Assembly: GCF_000020025.1 (NCBI RefSeq)
Contig: NC_010628.1
Location: forward strand, 6,900,001-6,932,000
Direction of reading: 5' to 3'
Origin: Nostoc punctiforme PCC 73102
Lineage (GTDB): Bacteria > Cyanobacteriota > Cyanobacteriia > Cyanobacteriales > Nostocaceae
Length of the DNA stretch: 32,000 nucleotides
Below the pieces are notes generated by a model. It saw only the letters and a list, made by a program, of their open reading frames with translations, did not search any database and was not told where the DNA came from. Every line of letters begins with the position of its first letter. The first letter of the stretch is position 1. Below are positions 24,797 through 32,000 of this stretch, piece by piece. Both the position numbers and the translations under genes were made by a program.

Positions 24797-27190
24797 CTAC
24801 TTTGTATTAATCACCATCTGTAAATTTCTTAACAAATCGCTTGAGGTGTAGGGCTTGGACAAAAGGGTTTTGACACTATTACCAAGGATTTTAATCATTT
24901 CATGATTGGAAGCTAATCCACTAACACCAATAATTTTGATCTCTGGATTAATTTTTTTCAACACACTGATGGTTGTTGGTCCATCCATGTTTGGCATCAT
25001 CATATCAACCAAGACTACACTAATTTCTTGTTGATATTCTGTATATAGTGCGATCGCATCAATACCATCACTAGCTACTATAACTTTATAGGCATTTTTT
25101 TCTAACCAGGTTTGAGTAACCTCTCGAATTGAATCTTCATCATCAACAACGAGAATCAATTCTCCATGCCCTGGTGGTAATTCATCTCCAGCTAATTTAC
25201 TATCTGTCTCCATTGTTTGCGTGACGGGTAAGCAAACTTGAAACTCTGTGCCTTTGCCCACGTCAGTCACTACATTCACAAAACCGAAGTGGCTTTTGAT
25301 AATCCCAAGCACTGTTGAAAGACCAAGCCCCGTGCCTTTTCCGACTTCTTTTGTTGTGAAAAATGGCTCAAAAATTCTATCTACTATTTCTCTCTTAATT
25401 CCTATCCCTGTATCACAGACGCTAATCATTACATAAGAACCTACCTTAGCATCAATATTCATTTTGGCGTAGTGACTATCAACCCAGAAATTCTTCGCAG
25501 AAATCTTTAGGATACCGCCATTAGGCATGGCATCACGAGCATTGATACATAGGTTCATTAGCACTTGGTGTAACTGAGTAGCATCACCAAAGATATTCCA
25601 TAAGTTTTGCTCAGAAACATCAATACGGATTTCAATAACTCTAGAAAATGTTTGCTTAATAATATTTTCAATTTCTGAGATTAAATACTGCACCTGTAAG
25701 GTTTTAAAGGTACCTACAGAGCCGCGTGAAAACCACAACACTTGTTTAACTAAATCTGCGGTGCGTTTAACATTTGTTTTCATAATTGTTAACCATTGCT
25801 GACTTTTTTCATCTAGAAGCTGTGCCTCTAAAAGTTGCACTGTCATCAATATAGGTGTTAATGTATTATTAAGAGCGTGGGCGATACCACTTGCTAGAGT
25901 GCCAAGGCTCTCCATTCGCTGGGCGCGGAGAAACTGTGCTTCAAGTAGTTTTTTCTCTGTAATGTCGGAGTTGACAATTAGGACGGATTTAGCTTGTCCC
26001 TCATTATCATTTACCAATGTCCATCGGCTAGCAACGATAATCTCTTTGCCTTGTTTGGTAACTTGATATAATTCACCTTGCCACGAACCATTTTCAACTA
26101 AAGTTTTCTGGATATTTTTTAGTTGTCCAAAACTTTGCTTTCGATACAAAAACTGATTGGCATTCTTGCTCAATGCTTCTTCTGCCATCCAACCGTACAA
26201 ATGTTCAGCTCCTTTATTCCAAAATTGAATTTTGGTAATCAAATCTTGAACGATAATTGCATCTGTGGTGATATCGAGCCAAGCTGCTTGCTCACGAATT
26301 TTTTGTTCTGCATTTTTGCGTTCGCATAGCGCAGCTTGCTGTTCGGTAATATCAATTACAAAACCCGCCATCCGAGCAACTTTACCTGTAGAGTCTAAAA
26401 AGATATAGCCGTTATTTTCAACTGTGATGTAAGTGCCATCTTTACGACCGACGCGAAATTCAAGGTGGAATCGCTCTTTTGCAGATAAAACGCGGTTAAT
26501 CTCTTCATTGAATAATTTTCTATCATCAGGATGAACTAACTCTAACCAACGGTTCAAACCTCCTAACATCTCAGGTATAGAGTAACCTAATATTTGCTCT
26601 AAGTTGCCATCATATTTAATATCGTTGGTATCCAAGTACCAGTCGTAGAGAATCTGACCACTCGCTTGAATTAGTGCTTGGTAGCGATTGTTCCACTCGT
26701 CTAATGCAGCTGAATGACATCGCAGTTCTTCTTCTACTCGCTGGCGCTCAAAGATTTCTATTTCTAAACGTTTATTTTGCTCTGTAAGTTTTTTTGTGAG
26801 GTTCCGTAAACGTAAATGGATATTTACCCTAGCTAAAACCTCTTTATGTTCTAGAGGTTTAGTTATGTAATCTACTGCCCCAAGATTCAAACCTTTGATT
26901 TGATCTATCTTATCGGTTATAGCAGTTAGAAATATTACTGGAATATCCTGAGTGACTAGATTTTTTTTTAAAAGTCTGCAAGTTTCAAAACCATCAATTC
27001 CTGGCATTAATATATCCAATAAGATTAGGTCAGGTAAGGCATTCTCTGCAATTTCAATGGCATTCATTCCATCTTCAGAGACTAAAACCTTCAAACCGTA
27101 ATACTCTAAAAGCTTGAATAATATCTCTAAATTAATAGGGGCATCATCAACTATTAAAATGACATTTTTTTCATCTTTATTAAAATTCAT
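24797..27190 (-). CDS. Hybrid sensor histidine kinase / response regulator (REC - coiled coil - PAS - PAS - HisKA - HATPase_c - REC)
   Basis: A 797-aa ORF. The N-terminal REC has ILIVDDAPINL...DLILLDILMPGIDG. Two PAS-like blocks follow. The H-box is LASGIAHALNNTLTPI, and the ATPase N/G boxes are NLCINARDAM, DTGIGI and GKGTGLGLS. The C-terminal REC has ILVVDDEDSI...VVLVDMMMPNMDG. A GGAGG Shine-Dalgarno sequence precedes the ATG. Confidence 0.92.
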   Translation of the reverse strand: MNFNKDEKNVILIVDDAPINLEILFKLLEYYGLKVLVSEDGMNAIEIAENALPDLILLDILMPGIDGFETCRLLKKNLVTQDIPVIFLTAITDKIDQIKGLNLGAVDYITKPLEHKEVLARVNIHLRLRNLTKKLTEQNKRLEIEIFERQRVEEELRCHSAALDEWNNRYQALIQASGQILYDWYLDTNDIKYDGNLEQILGYSIPEMLGGLNRWLELVHPDDRKLFNEEINRVLSAKERFHLEFRVGRKDGTYITVENNGYIFLDSTGKVARMAGFVIDITEQQAALCERKNAEQKIREQAAWLDITTDAIIVQDLITKIQFWNKGAEHLYGWMAEEALSKNANQFLYRKQSFGQLKNIQKTLVENGSWQGELYQVTKQGKEIIVASRWTLVNDNEGQAKSVLIVNSDITEKKLLEAQFLRAQRMESLGTLASGIAHALNNTLTPILMTVQLLEAQLLDEKSQQWLTIMKTNVKRTADLVKQVLWFSRGSVGTFKTLQVQYLISEIENIIKQTFSRVIEIRIDVSEQNLWNIFGDATQLHQVLMNLCINARDAMPNGGILKISAKNFWVDSHYAKMNIDAKVGSYVMISVCDTGIGIKREIVDRIFEPFFTTKEVGKGTGLGLSTVLGIIKSHFGFVNVVTDVGKGTEFQVCLPVTQTMETDSKLAGDELPPGHGELILVVDDEDSIREVTQTWLEKNAYKVIVASDGIDAIALYTEYQQEISVVLVDMMMPNMDGPTTISVLKKINPEIKIIGVSGLASNHEMIKILGNSVKTLLSKPYTSSDLLRNLQMVINTK

Positions 27191-27637
27191 ACTTGCCTCC
27201 TATTAAATTTTTTGGAGAATTATCGAATTTGTTGATCTTTCAAATCCTTGGCAAGTTGACGAACATGGTTGGCAAAGGGCACTTCATCACCTAATTCTTC
27301 GGGAGCATTCCAATGCAAGCAAATTGACCAAGATAATATATTATTGCGATTAATCTTCTATAAGATGCTAGGTGAACGCCCCATTTTATTAGGTACCCTG
27401 CGAGAACGCCAAAGGCGATCGCAATAACAGCTTATACTTTTACACATTTGGGTGACTCTCACTTGTGGGAATGAGAAAAAATTTTACTAAGTAGGCTATC
27501 TCCTGGCTGATTTGGCACATCACATCTTCTGCCAAATTTTTTAGATATGCACGGATTCTGGACTAGAAAGCAAAAAGATTTAATTAAAAGTAAACTATCT
27601 CCAGAAAATACTTGTATAAAGCAGAGCTTATAGGTGC

Positions 27638-27925
27638 ATACAGTTCAGTTAAGTATTTCTTCTTTCTCTTGGCATCTTTGGTCTCCTTCTCTGCGAGACG
27701 CTGTGCGATGCTGGTAGCCTGCGGTAAGCCCTATGGGTGACGCTCGTACCGACGCTCGTTCCTCTCTACGAGACGCTGCGCGAAGGCTAACGCTGCGCTA
27801 TCGCTACCGCTACGCTAACGCCAGTTCCTTTATACCGGGGAACCCGTCCACCGGACTGGCTCACCGCTTTGCATCTAGGTTATAAACAATTGACTTTAGA
27901 GTTTTACCCTTAACTGAACCTTATT
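27638..27925. mobile_element. MITE-like element (about 288 bp) with the same terminal inverted repeat as 16131-16264 (ATACAGTTCAGTTAAG / CTTAACTGAACCTTATT)
   Basis: The TIRs were read directly. The left 16 nt are identical to those of the other copy. The interior is GC-rich and made of short dispersed repeat modules (GAGACGCTG, CGCTACGCTAACGC and similar), with no ORF. Confidence 0.55.
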
Positions 27926-27978
27926 GGTCTATATTCTATGCAATTGAGAACCGTTATAAATAAAATATGTAGAAAATT

Positions 27979-28008
27979 TAAGGTAGCCCAGCTAGCTGGG
28001 CTACCTTA
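27979..28008 (-). terminator. Strong GC-rich hairpin (perfect palindrome TAAGGTAGCCCAGC|GCTGGGCTACCTTA) downstream of the acetyltransferase gene
   Basis: A 30-bp perfect palindrome 19 nt beyond the stop at 28027. On the minus strand it is followed by AAATTTTCTACATATTTTATTTAT, which is U-rich. Confidence 0.6.
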
Positions 28009-28026
28009 CTATCTTTATCTATAAAA

Positions 28027-28608
28027 TCACGGGTTTGTAGGGGTATCAGGTTTTATGCGACTCGTCTTAGGACGACAGGGGCTTCCCCAACAAACCTGTC
28101 CAGAAGGCATATTAGTCAAAACAGTACTACGAGCGCCAATCACAGCATTAGCCCCAATTTGCACTCCCGGCCCAACAAAACAATCTGCCGCTACCCATGC
28201 ACCATTGTTAATAGTGATACTCGCTGTTTTTAACCCAAAAGCAGGATCTTGGATATCGTGACTACCAGTACACAGGTAACTTTTTTGAGAAACTACGCAG
28301 TGTTCACCGATGTGTATCCGATCGAGGCTGTATAAAACTACGTTATCTCCAATCCAACTGTAGTTGCCAATAGTAACTTTCCAAGGATAGGTGAAGCGGG
28401 CGGTGGGTCGAATTAATACGCCTTTGCCGATACTAGCGCCAAATAATCGTAGCAAGGCACAACGCAGAATATTTAACGGTTGAGGAGTAAGGGGAAATGC
28501 GATCGCTTGTACAAGCCACCATAACAAAACATACCAGCTTGGCCGCCCCCGATCGAACCAAGATTGGTCATATTTACGTAAATCTACGAAAGGTTGGTCA
28601 TTGGTCAT
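28027..28608 (-). CDS. Hexapeptide-repeat (LbH) O-acetyltransferase, WcaF-like polysaccharide acetyltransferase
   Basis: A 193-aa ORF with an N-terminal hydrophobic segment, followed by left-handed beta-helix repeats (IGNYSWIGDNVVLYS, INNGAWVAADCFVGPGVQIGANAVIGARSTV). Confidence 0.85.
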   Translation of the reverse strand: MTNDQPFVDLRKYDQSWFDRGRPSWYVLLWWLVQAIAFPLTPQPLNILRCALLRLFGASIGKGVLIRPTARFTYPWKVTIGNYSWIGDNVVLYSLDRIHIGEHCVVSQKSYLCTGSHDIQDPAFGLKTASITINNGAWVAADCFVGPGVQIGANAVIGARSTVLTNMPSGQVCWGSPCRPKTSRIKPDTPTNP

Positions 28609-28635
28609 TGGTCATTTGTCATTAGTTATTTATCA
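28594..28635. repeat. STRR array TTGGTCA x3 then TTTGTCA/TTAGTTA/TTTATCA, overlapping a start codon and a stop codon
   Basis: Read directly from the sequence. The acetyltransferase ATG (complement of 28606-28608) and the upstream GT2 stop (28633-28635) both lie inside the array. Confidence 0.9.
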
Positions 28636-29589
28636 GGAATCAATGGTTAATAGCTTTACATCTGTTCCTCTGTTCCCCTGCTCGCCTGCTTCTTCCTTTG
28701 GAGTAGTTGCAGTATTTAAGTGACCACCACAGCTGCGTAATTCGTAAAGTTTAACGCCAATTTGATATTCATATTGACTCAGCAAGCGTGCATAAATATA
28801 TCCGGCTTTGCCATCCAAAAACCCGCGTTGAATTATATAAAATAAAACAAACCGTAGAAAGGGTTTAAATGGCAGGTGTACCCAGACTTTTTTCAAAAAG
28901 CGCTTGCGTTGCACTGCATCACCAAAGAGATTTGCGCCGATGGTACCGCTATCATCTTTACCTGTGAGAGTATTAAAATAAACGCTGGCTTCCCAGTTGG
29001 AATAACGGTTATGACGTTCTAACCAGTGATAAAGGTCGCGGAAGTCTTCGTGGAGCATATCATTTTTGAGATACCCAACTTTGCCCTGCAAAATCACATG
29101 TTCGTGAACTTCGTTGTCACCAGTATTAGGAATATCTTCTGTATGTAGATTTTCGTAGCGGCCTTTTTTATGCTGAAATAAACGGAGATTCCAATCGGGA
29201 TATTTCCCACCATAGCGAATCCATTTTCCTAAGAAAAATACGCGGCGGTTGAGATAATAACCTGTATATTCTTCATTTTGAATTGCTTGGTCAATTTCTT
29301 CCCAAAGTTCTGGGGTGATGCGTTCATCGCAATCTACAATTAGCACCCATTCGTTACGGAAAGGGAGATTATCTAAAGACCAATTTTTCTTTTTAGGCCA
29401 GCGTCCATTGAAGTTGAATTGCACGACATTGACACCGTGACTTTTCGCAATTTCAATGCTGTTGTCGGTACTTTGAGAGTCTACTACAAATATTTCATCT
29501 GCTCTGCTGACGCTAGCGAGGCAGGCTGGCAGGTTTGCTTGTTCGTTTTTTGCTGGAATTAGTACTGAAACTGGTATTTTAGATGACAT
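28633..29589 (-). CDS. Family 2 glycosyltransferase
   Basis: The sequence VSVLIPAKNEQANLPACLASV...IFVVDSQSTDNS...VLIVDCDERI carries GT-A/DxD signatures. The C-terminal tail (EEAGEQGNRGT...) is encoded by repeat-like sequence. Confidence 0.88.
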   Translation of the reverse strand: MSSKIPVSVLIPAKNEQANLPACLASVSRADEIFVVDSQSTDNSIEIAKSHGVNVVQFNFNGRWPKKKNWSLDNLPFRNEWVLIVDCDERITPELWEEIDQAIQNEEYTGYYLNRRVFFLGKWIRYGGKYPDWNLRLFQHKKGRYENLHTEDIPNTGDNEVHEHVILQGKVGYLKNDMLHEDFRDLYHWLERHNRYSNWEASVYFNTLTGKDDSGTIGANLFGDAVQRKRFLKKVWVHLPFKPFLRFVLFYIIQRGFLDGKAGYIYARLLSQYEYQIGVKLYELRSCGGHLNTATTPKEEAGEQGNRGTDVKLLTIDS

Positions 29590-29609
29590 AACAGTATAAA
29601 TCTTAGTGA

Positions 29610-30542
29610 TTATTTCTTATTTGATGTGAATAAAAGACCTTGAATAGCAGCATTTAAGTAACCAATCTGACCGTAAGCATATACAAGTTTGTCAAACCGT
29701 TCTGCTGGATCGAAGAAATATTGCAATGCTTTATACAAGCCACGCACAAACCGTTCGCTACCTCGCTGCAATTGAGCGATTCCAGCTTTACCAGCGAGTT
29801 GTTCTCGATAGCATTCACTGATACCCTGCCACCAGCCTCGGTTTAAAAACCAGGTGCGTTGTAGACGTTCTGGGGCAACATTGTGAGCAACTAGCGCTTC
29901 GGGAAGATAAGCGACTTGCCAACCACGCTGTAGGGCAAATTCGGTCATTTGCAGTTCTTCATTAGATAATAGATTTTTCCCCACTCGACCGAGATGAGGA
30001 TCGAAACCGCCAATTTCTTCTAGGAAACTGCGGCGGATGGAGTAATTTAAGCCTCTGGGTGTTAAGCCCGGTTGCTCGATGTAGATGTTACTGTCACCCA
30101 AGTCGTATGCACCCAGATTTGCAGCCAGCCCTGGAGATAGCCACCGTGGTTGTTCAATTCCTGGGGGCCATAAGAGAGTGACTTTGCCACCTGCGATCGC
30201 TAGTTTAGAATTATTGTAATAGGCAAAATATAAAACTTGTAGCCAGCCAGGGCTAGCAACAGCATCGTCATCTAGATAAGCGAGAATATCACCACTAGCT
30301 ACTTTTGCACCTGTGTTGCGGGCGACAGATAAACCGATAGTGGGTTCAAATACATACTTCAGGCGCGGATTGTGGGCCCTTTGTTCTACAACCTCACGGG
30401 TGCGATCGCTAGAGCCATTATCAACTACCACAATTTCAAAGTCAGCAGCAAAATCCTGCGCTAAAAGACTATCAATTGCAGCCCCTAAATAGGTATCTCG
30501 ATTGTGGGTACAGATAATGGCAGAGATTTGGGTGTCTGGCAT
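29610..30542 (-). CDS. Family 2 glycosyltransferase
   Basis: The sequence ISAIICTHNRDTYLGAAIDSLLAQ...IVVVDNGSSDRT...LAYLDDDAV carries GT-A signatures. I prefer the ATG at 30542 over the track's TTG at 30620. A 20-nt gap separates it from the next GT2 gene. Confidence 0.88.
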   Translation of the reverse strand: MPDTQISAIICTHNRDTYLGAAIDSLLAQDFAADFEIVVVDNGSSDRTREVVEQRAHNPRLKYVFEPTIGLSVARNTGAKVASGDILAYLDDDAVASPGWLQVLYFAYYNNSKLAIAGGKVTLLWPPGIEQPRWLSPGLAANLGAYDLGDSNIYIEQPGLTPRGLNYSIRRSFLEEIGGFDPHLGRVGKNLLSNEELQMTEFALQRGWQVAYLPEALVAHNVAPERLQRTWFLNRGWWQGISECYREQLAGKAGIAQLQRGSERFVRGLYKALQYFFDPAERFDKLVYAYGQIGYLNAAIQGLLFTSNKK

Positions 30543-30700
30543 AGATTTTATTTTGGATTTGAGATATGGGACTTCGGCTCCGCTCAGTCGAACGATTTTA
30601 GATAAAAATCTTAAATCCAACGCACACCTGCTGAGAGTTAATCTAAACCAAAAATTACCGACCCACCAACCGAGTTTCTTCGGAAATAATCTTTAAAACT

Positions 30701-31510
30701 TCATGTTTGTTGAATATGACTGTGTAAAACTACAAGTGTTTGGGCCAGTTGACTCAGGCGGGTTTCTAAAGATTGCTTGCGCCCCAACAGTTGACGTAAC
30801 TTTTGGTAACGTGCGATCGCCATACTAACATTGGGAACCTGATCTGCTGGACATGGGCGCGACCAGACTTTACCAGCATCGTCTACACCACAGAGGCGGT
30901 AGCCAGTAATCGATGATTTATAAGATACTTTCCCACCAGTAGCACAAATTTCTTCTACGTAGTTCATCAGGCGGTCAACTTCTGCATGGCGTAGTGTTGC
31001 GGTTCCTCCCAGTTCTGGTTCGCTGGGATTGGATTCTAACCAGCCATTAACAATTGGCCCTTCTAAGTAAATATCCTGAATTTGGTTCAAAATATTTTGC
31101 AGTTCTATTTGCCAACCAGCGACGGTTTCCTGAATTTCTTGTAATAGATTCATCGCCAATGCTGGATTCGCTCCGTGGCGATGGTTACTAAAACTCGGAG
31201 TTTTTAACTTGGGTAGGCTGGGTGTTTTGCCACCATTCTCTTCTGCTTGAAAGGTCTGCACAGAGTCATGGTGAGGAAAGAAATTCTGTTCAAGAGGATA
31301 ATCACTCTCAGTATTTACACCCAATTCAACTGTTTGTTCTTGCTGAGATGATGAAGTTTGTGTACTTTCTGTGGATTCGTTGGCTCCGACACTGATTCTA
31401 AAGGAAAAAGGCCGTTTTGTTTTCGAATCAGTTGTTTCGGCGGCAGGGGCAGTGCCGCGATTCCCTAAATCGTGTAGAGTTGCTTCTATGCGTTTTAAGC
31501 CTGCGTTCAT
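30701..31510 (-). CDS. Hypothetical protein (269 aa), with a Ser/Thr/Glu-rich N-terminal half and a structured C-terminal half
   Basis: An ATG-initiated ORF. The C-terminal region (GWQIELQNILNQIQDIYLEGPIVNGWLE...YRLCGVDDAGKVWSRPCP...) looks like a genuine folded domain. I recognise no family. Confidence 0.55.
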   Translation of the reverse strand: MNAGLKRIEATLHDLGNRGTAPAAETTDSKTKRPFSFRISVGANESTESTQTSSSQQEQTVELGVNTESDYPLEQNFFPHHDSVQTFQAEENGGKTPSLPKLKTPSFSNHRHGANPALAMNLLQEIQETVAGWQIELQNILNQIQDIYLEGPIVNGWLESNPSEPELGGTATLRHAEVDRLMNYVEEICATGGKVSYKSSITGYRLCGVDDAGKVWSRPCPADQVPNVSMAIARYQKLRQLLGRKQSLETRLSQLAQTLVVLHSHIQQT

Positions 31511-31546
31511 AAAGACATCCTAAATTTTGCTGTCCCCAATGGTGTT

Positions 31547-31726
31547 GAAGAAGAGGCAGGGGGGCAGAGAGCAGGGGGATAATTCAGATGGGGATTCGAC
31601 CCAATAGAACTAGAACCACACTTGGTTGTTGTGGGGGAATCAGACCCATGTTCTGCTTCGCTCCACAGCAGAGAGCAGGGATCATTTCCCCTTGCTCCTT
31701 TTCCCCCTGCCCCCTGCCTCTTGTTG
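31547..31726. repeat. Imperfect inverted arrays of G-rich (GGCAGGG-type) and C-rich (CCCCTGC-type) short repeats flanking about 105 bp
   Basis: The left arm GAAGAAGAGGCAGGGGGGCAGAGAGCAGGGGGA (31547-31579) faces the right arm TCCCCTTGCTCCTTTTCCCCCTGCCCCCTGCCTCTTGTTG (31687-31726). Read directly from the sequence. Confidence 0.5.
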
Positions 31727-32000
31727 AATCATTAAGAATGGGGTTGTTGGGATTTTCGGCTTTTGCCAGTTGTGACATCAATGATGTTGGTGCTAATTTT
31801 ATCCCTTAAAAGTTATTTGAAACCAAAAATCTCGCTGATGAAGTAAAAATTATGGTGATAAATTGCAACCGTAAGCATATTCTTGTTGAAGAAGGCAGAA
31901 TTCTGAATTCTGAACAAGAAAGTTCGCGGAGCGTGCTGGAGGCATTATTCTGGCTCCTGATTTCTGAATTCTAGTTTTGTTACAATACTCAAAAAACAAC

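Noticed and set aside
27220-27351. Minus-strand open frame ending ...WNAPEELGDEVPFANHVRQLAKDLKDQQIR* just upstream of the hybrid kinase
   Set aside because: The frame is protein-like, but only about 43 codons are open, with no ATG or GTG start; only an internal TTG is available. It may be a relic of a decayed gene or chance, which is too weak to call as a CDS or pseudogene without a homology search.
31584-31809. 65-aa and 73-aa ORFs, and a tRNA-like GGGGATTCGACCC motif
   Set aside because: The ORFs are translations of G/C-rich short repeats and are low-complexity. The T-arm-like motif has no matching acceptor, D or anticodon stems, so it is not a tRNA.

Overview
The window is chromosomal DNA from a filamentous, Nostoc/Anabaena-type cyanobacterium. 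Lineage markers are many HIP1 octamers GCGATCGC (for example at 1631, 3099, 3642, 3777, 4221, 4917) and STRR-type tandem heptamer arrays at gene boundaries. I support about 25 protein genes and find no rRNA, tRNA or CRISPR array. From left to right: (1) A housekeeping or stress block: a partial SbcD-like nuclease, CysH, a TetR plus DHA2 efflux pump divergent pair, a bifunctional RelA/SpoT enzyme, and a DUF21-CBS transporter. (2) A complete four-gene mycosporine-like amino acid (MAA sunscreen) cluster of the Nostoc punctiforme type: mysA-mysB-mysC on the minus strand and a convergent mysD. Unusually long, visibly AT-rich intergenic regions bracket it. (3) A SAM methyltransferase divergent from mysA. 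(4) A protealysin-like M4 metalloprotease followed by an emfourin-like inhibitor gene. (5) An uncharacterised enzyme island: an alpha/beta-fold protein lacking the canonical catalytic residues, a cupin protein, a hydantoinase-like amidohydrolase, an AspH-like 2OG oxygenase, an MDR oxidoreductase and a SnoaL/NTF2-like protein. Perfect palindromes and tandem duplications sit in its promoter regions. (6) A REC-PAS-PAS-HK-REC hybrid kinase. (7) A GT2-GT2-acetyltransferase polysaccharide operon. Two MITE-like elements share the same terminal inverted repeat. The MAA cluster is the clearest specialised system and is already known. The enzyme island at about 18.2-24.2 kb is the best candidate for something undescribed. 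All calls come from reading the ORF translations and sequence by eye; no database search was possible.
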